The translations under genes were made by a program, and so were the position numbers. From a bacterium (GTDB taxonomy: Bacteria; UBA8248; JACPRG01; G963555815), in NCBI GenBank assembly GCA_963555815.3, contig CAUVWX020000002.1, positions 576,001 through 640,000 on the forward strand: DNA of 64,000 nucleotides, read 5' to 3'. The notes beneath the pieces were generated by a model, which saw nothing but the letters and a program-made list of their open reading frames with translations, made no database searches and was not told the DNA's origin. The first letter of the stretch is position 1, and every line of letters starts with the position of its first letter. Positions 50,575 through 60,237 of the stretch are shown in pieces.

Positions 50575-51441
50575 TCAAACCAACCTGAGAACGTCTGCAA
50601 TAGCCTTTGCCACGGGCTTCGTAAAATCGTTGTCGGTCCAGTATTCGGAATGTGAGAGGGGGCTCCAGGAGGAGAAAACGCCTCCCGCATCGATTTCGAT
50701 GTCTTTGGTCACCGAATCCTCGTAACGTTGATAGTCTTTACCGGGTGGGTTCGGTGGGGGGTGTGTTTCTCTGTTACCCAATGGCATTAACGGATAGCCC
50801 AACACATCGTCTGCGTCATAAAAGTTGAGCCACTTCGCGGCCGGAAGGAGATTCGGAGACAGTTCGCCCGGGGGAAATTTGATGCTTTCAACTGGGTCAT
50901 AGGCCAGGCTGAAAAGGGGGATGTTGCTGCCAAAAGTGATGAAAACCGTCAGGGTCTCCATTCTCTCGAATGCGATCCCGCCAAATTCGTTCGGATCTTT
51001 CCCCTTCTGTCTGTCCCAGATATAGTTCGACATGATGACGCTTCCCAGGGAGTGGGCCAGCACGATCAAAGGCTTGTCCGCGTTGCCCAGGTCATTGCGC
51101 AAAGCGGCCAATTCCGTATGCACCTTTTTGTGGATCTTGTCGTAGATGTCCGCCTGCTTGCCGGGGACCCGTTGGTATGCGACAGCGTCCCCAAAGGCAT
51201 TGATGATGAACTGTCTGAGTTTGACGAAGTCGAGGCGATTCTTTTGTGAGAGATCGCGCCAAAGCTGTTCTTCCTTGGATTTAAGAATTTCGGCCCAATG
51301 CACAGGTTTCCAGCTCACTTGGGCTGGATCTGCACCCAGGTCTGAGATGCGATCGTCTAGCTCCTCCATCATTGAGTCCGCAAACTTTGAGTTCTGAGAT
51401 CCCATCCCGTGCACGACCAAGACACCCAGCTTAGACGCCAT
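50575..51441 (-). CDS. hypothetical alpha/beta hydrolase-like protein
   Basis: VVHGMG, AHSLGS, TFGS, NFYDADDVLG, SHSEYW; visibly lower GC. Confidence 0.75.
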   Translation of the reverse strand: MASKLGVLVVHGMGSQNSKFADSMMEELDDRISDLGADPAQVSWKPVHWAEILKSKEEQLWRDLSQKNRLDFVKLRQFIINAFGDAVAYQRVPGKQADIYDKIHKKVHTELAALRNDLGNADKPLIVLAHSLGSVIMSNYIWDRQKGKDPNEFGGIAFERMETLTVFITFGSNIPLFSLAYDPVESIKFPPGELSPNLLPAAKWLNFYDADDVLGYPLMPLGNRETHPPPNPPGKDYQRYEDSVTKDIEIDAGGVFSSWSPLSHSEYWTDNDFTKPVAKAIADVLRLV

Positions 51442-51579
51442 CTCCACTCTCCTTCAGTCCACCCGAACTCACGAGGGACAGGTGCTCACCACAGATAAGG
51501 AATTTTTGTTCTACGATACTGGAATAGCGATCTTCTCACAACGTCAGCCTGCATCTGAAGCCCATATCAGGGTGGTAGA

Positions 51580-52446
51580 ATGGCAGGGGCCTCGGAGGAG
51601 CAACCTTTGGATTTTGAGTTGAATCAGTCCCAGCTTCGCATTCAAGAGCTGGCGCGGGCCTTCGCACGGGAGCAGGTGGCCCCCTTCGCTGGCGACTGGG
51701 AGGAAAGGGGGGAGATCCCCCGAGAATTTCTCCTTCAGATGGCCCGGCAGGGTTTTGCCGCGATGACGGCCCCCTCGGAGTTCGGCGGGAGCGGGCTCGA
51801 CCTCGTCAGCTTCGCCCTGGCCCTCATGGAAGTGTCCGAGGTCTCCCCTTCCCTCGCCCAGCTCATCTCTTCCAACACTGTGGTCTGCCACGCCCTGGCC
51901 GCCTTCGGCGCTCCTTCGCAGAAGAAGAGATACCTTGCCGAGCACGTGGCGGGCGGGGCCATCGGGTCCGTCGCCCTCCTTGAGCCCGAGGCGGGACATG
52001 ATCTGTCGGCCGTCAGGACAGGGGCGACCCCGACTGAGGGAGGATACCTTCTGAGAGGTCAGAAGGCGCCCATGACTGGCTTGGATCTTCGAGGGATCGC
52101 AATCGTCAGTGCCCGGTTCGTCTCGTTTGAGGGAAAGCCATCTGCACCGGGCCTCACGCTTTTCATCGTGGACAAGCGAAGGGAGGGAGTCCGGGTAGTA
52201 AAGACCGAAAGGAATTTCGGCCTTCGGGCCTGCGGGATTTCGTGTCTTGAGTTGGAGAATTGTTTTGTCCCCGACAAAAACCGCCTTGGAGAAGAGGATC
52301 GAGGACTCAAAATGGCTCAAAGCATCCTGGGTCTCGGGCGGGTTGCGGCGGCGGCTCAGGCCGCTCGCCCTGGGGACGGCCTTCCAGTGATTCGCGAGGC
52401 GGCCATGGCCGCTCAGGAACAGGGGGACAAGCACCTGAGGGGGTAA
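51580..52446 (+). CDS. acyl-CoA dehydrogenase-family protein, C-terminally truncated/degenerate
   Basis: RAFAREQVAP, PSEFGGSG, QKKRYL, LEPEAGHDL, VPDKNRLGEE, LGLGRV; ends at 288 aa. Confidence 0.75.
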   Translation: MAGASEEQPLDFELNQSQLRIQELARAFAREQVAPFAGDWEERGEIPREFLLQMARQGFAAMTAPSEFGGSGLDLVSFALALMEVSEVSPSLAQLISSNTVVCHALAAFGAPSQKKRYLAEHVAGGAIGSVALLEPEAGHDLSAVRTGATPTEGGYLLRGQKAPMTGLDLRGIAIVSARFVSFEGKPSAPGLTLFIVDKRREGVRVVKTERNFGLRACGISCLELENCFVPDKNRLGEEDRGLKMAQSILGLGRVAAAAQAARPGDGLPVIREAAMAAQEQGDKHLRG

Positions 52447-52452
52447 ACGAGG

Positions 52453-52776
52453 ATGGATTCCACAGACAACTTGGTCGTCCTGATGACGTGCGGAAAGATG
52501 GAGGAGGCGGAGAAGATCGCCAAGGCCTTGGTGGAGGAAGGTCTCGCGGCCTGCGTTAACCTGGCCCCCGGGATCACGTCCATCTACCGCTGGGAGGGAA
52601 AGCTCTGCCAGGAACCGGAGATTTTGATGATCGCCAAGACGCGCCCTGATCGCCTGGAGGCCTTCGAGGCGCGCGTCAAGGCCCTTCACAGCTACACCGT
52701 GCCCGAGATCCTGGCCCTCCCCTTGCGGGCCGGTTCAAAGGACTATCTGAAGTGGGTCGGAGAGGTCTGCGGTTAG
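52453..52776 (+). CDS. cutA: divalent-cation tolerance protein
   Basis: LAACVN, SIYRWEG, LHSYTVPEI, YLKWV. Confidence 0.95.
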   Translation: MDSTDNLVVLMTCGKMEEAEKIAKALVEEGLAACVNLAPGITSIYRWEGKLCQEPEILMIAKTRPDRLEAFEARVKALHSYTVPEILALPLRAGSKDYLKWVGEVCG

Positions 52777-52809
52777 TCGGCCATTAGGCCGGGCGTTGGG
52801 ACGAGGATT

Positions 52810-53553
52810 TTATTTTTTCGTGGACCAGAAGGTCTTGACCACGCCGTCAAAGGGAATCCGGAGGGGGTTGAACTTCTCAGCCGTGATCTCTTGGAACTTC
52901 GCTTGCTTAAGGAGGAGGGCGACATCGGTCCCCGTGAACATGCGCTCGGAAAAACCCTCCTTGAATCGGTCGTAGAGCTTTCCCTGCTTGATGAACCCAT
53001 TCAGCTCCGCCTTGCCAATCTTCTGAGTGGGATGATAGGTGAGGGCCAGCGTAAGGACATAATCTCGGCCCTCTATCAGCTCGCGGCGCCCGGCCCAGAA
53101 TCTTTCAAAGAATTCTTGATGGGTAATGTCGAACAGGAAGAAACCGCCCGGCTTCAGGGTCTTGTGGACATTTTTGAATACCCGCATGAGGTCTGATTTG
53201 CTCAGGAGGTGGTTCAGGCCCTCGAAAACGCAGGTGACCACATCGGCAATCCCCCTTCGCGACCACCGACGCATGTCCCCCCGGAAATAGGTGATCCGGC
53301 TCCGGTGGGAGTTTTTCTGCGCCTGGGCCAGCATCTCCTTCGAAAGGTCCACGCCGATGACGCGCCAGCCCTTTGCGGCGAAGAGCTTGGCAAGGTGCCC
53401 CGTTCCACAGGCCAGATCCACCAGGGTCCCCGGTTTAACCCCCTGCCGTTTCAGGACCTCCGTTGCGCGGCGGAAGACCTCCTCTGCATACTTGTGGGCC
53501 CACTCGCGGTCGTAGAGATCAACCGTTCGAGAGTAAGCTGGCAGCGGTCGAAT
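52810..53553 (-). CDS. class I SAM-dependent methyltransferase; 5' end uncertain
   Basis: VDLACGTG, VDLSKEML, GDMR, LKPGG. The frame stays open upstream of 53421 (IRPLPAYSRTVDLYDREW) to ATT 53553. Confidence 0.8.
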   Translation of the reverse strand: MRPLPAYSRTVDLYDREWAHKYAEEVFRRATEVLKRQGVKPGTLVDLACGTGHLAKLFAAKGWRVIGVDLSKEMLAQAQKNSHRSRITYFRGDMRRWSRRGIADVVTCVFEGLNHLLSKSDLMRVFKNVHKTLKPGGFFLFDITHQEFFERFWAGRRELIEGRDYVLTLALTYHPTQKIGKAELNGFIKQGKLYDRFKEGFSERMFTGTDVALLLKQAKFQEITAEKFNPLRIPFDGVVKTFWSTKK

Positions 53554-53798
53554 GTCGCCTCACCCCCTCCACCTCGGAAAGGTTTTTTGTCTGCTGGAAC
53601 CGGAGGGCACCACCCCCAAATTTTTCGAAAACCCTAGCCACCATTCCCCGTCGTGTCAAGGGACTAAGGAGACACCGAGACAGTAAACACAGTCAATAGG
53701 GCGGGATAACGGGAAGAGGACCGCGTTAGAAATAAAGTCAATAGGTACCATAGATTAATCAAATACTTTAGACACTCTCTCGCTTCTCACCGAAGACA

Positions 53799-53828
53799 TT
53801 GACAGGGACCATCGCTTTGTGATATAAG
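53799..53828 (+). promoter_or_regulatory. sigma-70-type promoter in an AT-rich divergent region
   Basis: TTGACA-18 bp-TATAAG with a TG extension; AGTCAATAGG repeated at 53691 and 53736. Confidence 0.5.
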
Positions 53829-53899
53829 ATAACTTATTGTAATAATAGGTGTTTATTTAATTCTGACTCACCGTAGGCCTCCAACAGGAGACGTGGCGG

Positions 53900-54740
53900 A
53901 TGCAGTCAAAAGAAGGAAACGCCCCTGTGCGGGAGCCAGCCGTTGCGGGCAGCTTTTATCCTGCCTCTGACGAGGGGCTCCGCCGTGAGAGTGGAGAGCC
54001 ACTGGGAGGCGGTGTCAGAGCCCAGGAGGGCCCTTGGGATTCTGGTCCCTCACGCCGGCCTCGTGTTCTCGGGCGGGGTCGCAGGGGCCGTCTATTCTCA
54101 GATTCTCCGGCCCGATACGGCTATTCTCATCGGCCCAGACCACCGGGGCCTGGGGGGGCCGTTAACCTTCATGGGAGAGGGCGTGTGGCGGGTCCCGGGG
54201 GGAAAAGTGAGCATTGACGCCCCACTCGCCCGAGACCTTCTCGCCCGGCTTCCTCAGGCCGTGGACGACCCCTCCCCCCACGGCCCGGAGCACTGCCTGG
54301 AGGTCCAGATCCCCTTTCTCTGGTACGCAGGCCGAGAAGAGGGCAAAAAACTCCGCATTGTCCCCGTCCTCATGCGCGACTTCAGCCTCGACTCCTGTCT
54401 GCGCCTTGACGACGCCTTGGCACAGGCCCTGAAGGACAGGGAGGACCGCTGGACCATCGTCGCCAGCTCCGACTTGAACCACTACGAATCCCAGGACGTG
54501 ACGGAGCAAAAGGATCGGGCCGCCATAGAGGCCATTCTCCAGATGGACCCCCAGGGCCTCATTGAAACCGTTCGGCGGGAGAAGGTGACCATGTGCGGAT
54601 ACGGACCGGTGGCCGCCACCCTTGCGGCCTGTCGAGCCCTCGGGGCAAAGGGCGCGGAGCTGGTCAGGCACGCGACCTCAGGGGATGTCAATGGGGATTA
54701 TGAGCGCGTCGTCGGCTATGCGGGAATCGTGATCCGCTGA
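53900..54740 (+). pseudogene. amrB: AmmeMemoRadiSam system protein B (Memo family), frameshift near 53988
   Basis: VREPAVAGSFYP is in one frame; PHAGLVFSG, GPDH, EHCLEVQIPFL, SSDLNHY, TMCG, VVGYAG are in the +1 frame. Confidence 0.82.
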
Positions 54741-54880
54741 ACGTATTCTTTACATTCAGCACATGACTCAATCAATATGGCTTTGCAGATGTGGCCTGAG
54801 ACTGGAAATACCGATTGTCTTGAAGACTCGCCCTCTAGAGAGAGCGCGGAAAGAGAATGGAGCTAAGAGGAGACCCCCCC

Positions 54881-55325
54881 ATGAGGAGAGCAAAGGTTCT
54901 AGCGTTTCTTCCCCTCCTTACCACCGTCGCCTTCCTTACCTTTGCAGCCCCGGGCAACACCCAAGAAGTGGACTTGCCCGGCTTTGGCGAGACTGAGCTA
55001 ATCGCCGTCCGCCCGGGGGCGCCCCCTACCCCCATCCCCTTACAGGCTGGAGATCGCGCGTGGGAAGACCGTCGTTTGGTTGAATGCCACCCGGGACTTC
55101 ATGTCCATCACCTTCACAGGCGGAAGGGAGGTGCAGCGGGCCTGCATCGCACCCACTGGTTTTCACCTCACGGATAAGGGGACCTATGCCGCCGTTAATG
55201 TAATACCGGGCGGGGTAGCCAGTCTCTGCTTTGTCGAGGCGGGGGAGTACTCCTTCCTGGTGTCCCGCCTAGCCTTGAGCGGCAGGTCACTTAATCCCAT
55301 AGTAGGACGAATCTCCGTAAAATAG
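54881..55325 (+). pseudogene. exported cupredoxin-fold-like protein, +1 frameshift in C-runs at ~55021-55040
   Basis: Signal peptide MRRAKVLAFLPLL..., then in the next frame PYRLEIARGKTVVWLN...FVEAGEYSF...GRISVK. Confidence 0.6.
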
Positions 55326-55622
55326 CCCCCCCCTTTTGAGGACCGAAACCCCTAACATCCATCCCCCCAGGGGGAAACCCTCATGAGTGGGGTTATCTTC
55401 CTTTCCGCCGTGGGCGAAGCTGACTGCAAAGGATCTTGGTCTCAAAGAGCCGCTGTGTTATAAGTCTTGAGGAAGTTCAATTAAACCTTAAATTGCCTCT
55501 GCCTTCTGTTTTCCTAAACAGTTTTTGCTCTCACCCAGGCCGCTCGAAACCCCCTGAATAACTTTCTCAGGAGAGGGCTTCGAGAAGGGGCCGCTAAAAG
55601 CTTGACACGAGGGAGGCAAAAG

Positions 55623-56303
55623 ATGAACGGAGACGGGAAAGCCTATATCGCTGAGTTTATCGGCACCTTTTCCTTTGTCTTCATCGGTGCCGGAGCCATC
55701 ATCACCGACGCTTGGTTCCCAGGGTCGGTGGGCCTGATTGGGATCGCGCTCGCCCACGGTCTGGCCCTCGCTATCATGATCTCGGCCACTGGCCACATCT
55801 CCGGCGGACATCTTAATCCGGCGGTCACTGTGGGCTTCCTCGTGGCGGGAAAGATGAAGGTGGGGAAAGGAATGGGCTACATTGCCTCTCAGCTCATCGG
55901 GGGGATCGTGGCCGGCCTCCTTCTTCGGGTCATCTTTCCGGCCACCATCTGGACCCAGGTGAACCTGGGGACTCCAGGTCTTGACCCCAGGATCGGGGTG
56001 GGCACCGGGATCCTGGTGGAGCTCATCTTGACCTTCTTTTTGGTCTTCGCTGTTTTCGGGACAGCGGTAGACAAACGGGCCCCCAAGCTGGGGGGGTTCG
56101 GGATTGGTCTGGTTCTTGTCTTCGACATCCTCATGGGCGGGCCCCTCACCGGGGCCTCCATGAACCCGGCCAGGACCTTCGGCCCGGCCGTCGCCTCCGC
56201 CTTCTGGACCAACCACTACGTTTACTGGGTGGGCCCCCTGTTGGGGGGCATTATCGCCGCTCTCATCTATCGCCACCTCCTCATGGACAAAAAGACCGCT
56301 TGA
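55623..56303 (+). CDS. aquaporin / MIP channel
   Basis: AEFIGTF, ISGGHLNPAVT, GASMNPARTFGP, YWVGP. Confidence 0.95.
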   Translation: MNGDGKAYIAEFIGTFSFVFIGAGAIITDAWFPGSVGLIGIALAHGLALAIMISATGHISGGHLNPAVTVGFLVAGKMKVGKGMGYIASQLIGGIVAGLLLRVIFPATIWTQVNLGTPGLDPRIGVGTGILVELILTFFLVFAVFGTAVDKRAPKLGGFGIGLVLVFDILMGGPLTGASMNPARTFGPAVASAFWTNHYVYWVGPLLGGIIAALIYRHLLMDKKTA

Positions 56304-56312
56304 GGATCCAGC

Positions 56313-56348
56313 CTGTTCGGCGGAGGGGACCCATCCTCCGCCGAACGG
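56313..56348 (+). terminator. hairpin downstream of aquaporin
   Basis: CTGTTCGGCGGAG...CTCCGCCGAACGG stem; weak U-tract. Confidence 0.55.
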
Positions 56349-56420
56349 CCCTTTCCTTCACGCCTTCAGCGGAATATACTGAAAGATTAAACACCCTATT
56401 ATCTTCCATCAGGCACCCCT

Positions 56421-59270
56421 ATGATTCAGCGTCACATCGTCATCAAAGGCGCCCGAGAACACAACCTGAAGAACATCTCCATCGAGATCCCCCGGGACAA
56501 GCTCATCGTCATCACGGGCATCAGCGGGTCCGGCAAATCCTCCCTCGCCTTTGACACCCTCTACGCCGAAGGCCAGCGCCGTTACGTAGAGTCCCTCTCG
56601 GCCTATGCCCGCCAGTTCCTGGAGCAGCTGGACAAGCCCGATGTAGATACCATCGAGGGCCTCTCCCCGGCCATCTCCATTGAACAGAAGACAACGAGCA
56701 AGAACCCCCGATCCACGGTAGGAACGGTAACAGAGATCTACGACCACCTGCGTCTCCTCTTCGCCCGGGTGGGACGGCCCCACTGCTATCGTTGCGGCAA
56801 GCCCATCGCTTCCCAGACGGTCCAGCAGATGGTGGACCGGGCAATCGCCCTTCCCCCGGGAACCCGGATCCAGGTCCTGGCCCCGATTGTCCGGGGGCGC
56901 AAAGGGGAGTACCGAAAGGAGTTGGGCGAGATGGCCCGCCGGGGGTTTGTTCGGGCTCGAATCGATGGGAAGGTGGTAGACCTCTCGACCCCCATCCAGC
57001 TCCACAGAAACCGAAAGCACGACATTGACATCCTCGTGGACCGGCTCGTTATGAAGCCGGGGATCGAGAGCCGTCTTGCGGACTCCCTTGAGACGGCCCT
57101 CGGCCTCGCCGACGGCCTCGTGACGCTCCTCGCAGTGGACAAAGAGGAACATCTCTTCAGCGAGCGGTTCGCCTGCGCCGACTGCGGGATCAGCTATCCC
57201 GAACTGAGTCCCCGCCTCTTCTCCTTCAACAGCCCGTATGGGGCATGTCCTGAATGTGGGGGGCTCGGCAACCTTCTCAAGCTCGACCCAGATCTGATCG
57301 TCCCAGATGCCACCCTTTCCCTGCGAAAGGGCGCCATCCGCCCCTGGGCCCGGCGAACCTCCGCCCATTACTTTCAGATGCTGGAGGCCCTGGCCCAACA
57401 CTATCGTTTTGATCTGAACACCCCCTTTGGCCGCCTCCCGGCCAAGGTGAGGCGGGTCATCCTGCACGGCTCAGGGGAGGAGGGGGTGAAACTTCCGCAT
57501 GAGTCGGGACGAAAACGGCGTTCCTCCTCCCAACCCTTCGCGGGGGCCATCGCCCTGCTGGAGCGGCGCCACCAAGAAACCTCCTCCTCGGAGGTCGAGG
57601 CCGAGATCGAGGAGTACATGAACCTTCAGCCCTGCGGGGCCTGCGAAGGGGCACGTCTGAGACCTGAGAGTCGGGCCGTGCAAATGGGGGGCAAATCTAT
57701 CGCCGAGGTGACGGCCCTCTCGGTCAAAGAGGCCCAAATCTTCTTCGCCGGCCTGCAACTGACCCCTTACGAAAGGGAGATCGGGGACCGGGTCCTGAAA
57801 GAGATCACCGAGCGGCTGGAATTCATGGTTCGCGTGGGCCTGGACTATCTCACGCTGGACCGGCCCGCAGCCACCCTGGCCGGGGGGGAGGCCCAGCGTA
57901 TCCGCCTGGCCACTCAGATCGGGGCAAGTCTGGCAGGGGTTCTTTATATCCTGGATGAGCCCAGCATCGGACTGCACCAGCGCGATAACCGACGACTCCT
58001 AGACACCCTGCGGCGCCTTCGCGACCTTGGAAACACTGTTATCGTCGTCGAGCACGACCGAGAGACCATCCTCTCGGGGGACTTCGTCCTGGACCTTGGG
58101 CCCGGGGCGGGGGTTCACGGAGGCCACGTTGTCGCCCGGGGGACCCCGGGAGAGATCGCGGCCCACCCCCAGTCCCTGACCGGAAAATACCTCTGCGGGA
58201 CCCTCACCATCCCCGTCCCAGAAAGGCGAAGGCCCTTGGACGGCCACTATCTCTCAGTCCTGAGGGCGCAGGAGAATAACTTGAAGGGGATAGACGTCCA
58301 TTTCCCCCTGGGGCTCTTCACCTGCGTGACGGGGGTTTCGGGATCGGGAAAGAGCACGCTGGTGGACGGGATCCTCTACAAGGCCCTGGCCCAGAAGCTC
58401 TACCGGGCCTCGGACCGGCCGGGCCGCCACTCGAGCCTAAAGGGCGCTGAGCATCTCGACAAGGTCATCGAGATCGACCAGTCTCCCATCGGTCGCACCC
58501 CGCGCAGCAACCCCGCCACATACACGGGAGTTTTCACCGCCATCCGGGAACTTTTTGCCCGAGTCCCCGAGAGCCGCAAGCGGGGCTATCAGGTCGGGCG
58601 TTTCAGCTTCAACGTGAAGGGAGGGCGGTGCGAAGCTTGCCAGGGGGATGGGCTCATCAAGATCGCGATGCACTTTTTGCCGGACCTCTACGTCACCTGC
58701 CAGGTTTGCAAGGGCAGACGCTTCGACCGGGAAACCCTGGATGTCCACTACAAGGGATACTCCATCGCCGATGTCCTCGACATGACGATTAGCCAAGCGC
58801 TGAACTCTTTTGAAAACGTGCCTAAAGTCCGGGCCAAGCTCCAGACCCTCTTTGACGTGGGGTTGGGCTACATCAGACTGGGGCAGCCCGCGACCACCCT
58901 CTCGGGAGGCGAGGCCCAGCGAGTAAAACTCTCCAAGGAGCTTAGCCGGCAAAGCACAGGCCGGACCCTTTATCTTCTGGATGAGCCGACCACGGGCCTT
59001 CACTTCGCCGACGTGAACAAGCTCCTCGAGGTCCTCCAGAGGCTCGTGGACGCAGGGAACACGGTGATCGTCATCGAGCACAACCTGGACGTCATTAAGA
59101 CGGCCGACCATCTCATCGACCTCGGCCCCGAAGGGGGCGAAGACGGGGGCGAGGTGGTGGCGGCCGGCACCCCTGAGGAGGTGGCCAGGGTGGCAGCCTC
59201 CCACACGGGCCACTTTCTGGAATCCATCCTGGCGGATTCGGCCCAAAAACCCCTTCAGAGACCCGCCTAA
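56421..59270 (+). CDS. uvrA: excinuclease ABC subunit A
   Basis: [20 protein letters not shown], zinc fingers, two ABC domains, LSGGEAQR. Confidence 0.98.
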   Translation: MIQRHIVIKGAREHNLKNISIEIPRDKLIVITGISGSGKSSLAFDTLYAEGQRRYVESLSAYARQFLEQLDKPDVDTIEGLSPAISIEQKTTSKNPRSTVGTVTEIYDHLRLLFARVGRPHCYRCGKPIASQTVQQMVDRAIALPPGTRIQVLAPIVRGRKGEYRKELGEMARRGFVRARIDGKVVDLSTPIQLHRNRKHDIDILVDRLVMKPGIESRLADSLETALGLADGLVTLLAVDKEEHLFSERFACADCGISYPELSPRLFSFNSPYGACPECGGLGNLLKLDPDLIVPDATLSLRKGAIRPWARRTSAHYFQMLEALAQHYRFDLNTPFGRLPAKVRRVILHGSGEEGVKLPHESGRKRRSSSQPFAGAIALLERRHQETSSSEVEAEIEEYMNLQPCGACEGARLRPESRAVQMGGKSIAEVTALSVKEAQIFFAGLQLTPYEREIGDRVLKEITERLEFMVRVGLDYLTLDRPAATLAGGEAQRIRLATQIGASLAGVLYILDEPSIGLHQRDNRRLLDTLRRLRDLGNTVIVVEHDRETILSGDFVLDLGPGAGVHGGHVVARGTPGEIAAHPQSLTGKYLCGTLTIPVPERRRPLDGHYLSVLRAQENNLKGIDVHFPLGLFTCVTGVSGSGKSTLVDGILYKALAQKLYRASDRPGRHSSLKGAEHLDKVIEIDQSPIGRTPRSNPATYTGVFTAIRELFARVPESRKRGYQVGRFSFNVKGGRCEACQGDGLIKIAMHFLPDLYVTCQVCKGRRFDRETLDVHYKGYSIADVLDMTISQALNSFENVPKVRAKLQTLFDVGLGYIRLGQPATTLSGGEAQRVKLSKELSRQSTGRTLYLLDEPTTGLHFADVNKLLEVLQRLVDAGNTVIVIEHNLDVIKTADHLIDLGPEGGEDGGEVVAAGTPEEVARVAASHTGHFLESILADSAQKPLQRPA

Positions 59271-59282
59271 GCAGGGCGCACT

Positions 59283-60023
59283 ATGGCAGAGAACATCGCG
59301 CTCACCTTGGAGTATGACGGGACGGATTACTTCGGCTGGCAGGTTCAGAGCCAAGAGCCGACCATCCAGGGGGTCCTGCAGAAGGCCATCGAGAAGCTGA
59401 CGGGGGAGCGAGTCCACCTCGCCGCCTCAGGCCGAACGGATTCAGGGGTCCATGCCCTGGGTCAGGTGGCCAACTTCAAGACGGAGACCGATCTTCGACC
59501 CAACGAGATCCTCAGGGCCCTCAACAGCCTTCTGCCCCGGGATATCGCGGTGAAGCGGGCCGAGGCGATGGCTGACAATTTTCACGCCCAGTACTCCGCC
59601 CGACTCAAATCCTATAAATACGTCGTCCTCAACCGGCACGTCCCCTCCCCTCTTCTGCAACGCTTCTCCTGGCATGTTCGCTACCCCCTGAAAATACCGC
59701 CCATGCAGGAGGCGGCCCTCTACCTGGTCGGCACTCATGACTTCAGCGCCTTCCGGAGGGCCGAGGGGGATGGCGAGCGAAATTCCACTCGGACTGTTTC
59801 CCAGCTGACGGTCGAGCAGACGGGCGACACCGTGGAGATCCGCATCACGGCCGACGGGTTCCTGCGGTTTATGGTTCGAAGCATCGCGGGGGCACTCGTC
59901 GAGGTGGGCAAGGGGAAGATGAAGCCCCTCCGGGTCAAAGAGATCTTGGACGGCAAGGACCGCAAAAAGGCGCCCCCCACGGCCCCGGCCCGGGGCCTCT
60001 TTCTCGTGGAGGTCCAGTACTGA
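59283..60023 (+). CDS. truA: tRNA pseudouridine(38-40) synthase
   Basis: EYDGTDYFGWQ, GRTDSGVHA, GTHDF, FLRFMVR, TAPARGL. Confidence 0.97.
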   Translation: MAENIALTLEYDGTDYFGWQVQSQEPTIQGVLQKAIEKLTGERVHLAASGRTDSGVHALGQVANFKTETDLRPNEILRALNSLLPRDIAVKRAEAMADNFHAQYSARLKSYKYVVLNRHVPSPLLQRFSWHVRYPLKIPPMQEAALYLVGTHDFSAFRRAEGDGERNSTRTVSQLTVEQTGDTVEIRITADGFLRFMVRSIAGALVEVGKGKMKPLRVKEILDGKDRKKAPPTAPARGLFLVEVQY

Positions 60024-60060
60024 CCTCGGGACGCACTCCCGGCCACAAGAGGGGAACCCT

Positions 60061-60142
60061 TTGAGCTTCTCTGAAACCCTTCGACAGGCCGCTGAGCCTT
60101 TTTTGGGAGATGGCCTACCAGGAGGAGGACTGGCTACTCTAG
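60061..60142 (+). pseudogene. collapsed remnant of a TenA (thiaminase II)-like gene
   Basis: GAGGGGA SD, TTG, MSFSETLRQAAEPF, then (+1 across a T6 run) WEMAYQEEDWLL-stop; resembles TenA N- and C-termini as recalled. Confidence 0.6.
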
Positions 60143-60237
60143 CGAATCCCATTATCGGCTTGACTCTTCTCCTCTTTTGGAGCATTCTTCTTGCTTACAA
60201 CTCGTGAAATTTAGCGCGCGCTATATGAGGAAACACT

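Noticed and set aside
56350..56420. LexA box upstream of uvrA
   Set aside because: No match to the CTGT-N8-ACAG or GAAC-N4-GTTC motifs; the lineage-specific motif is unknown.
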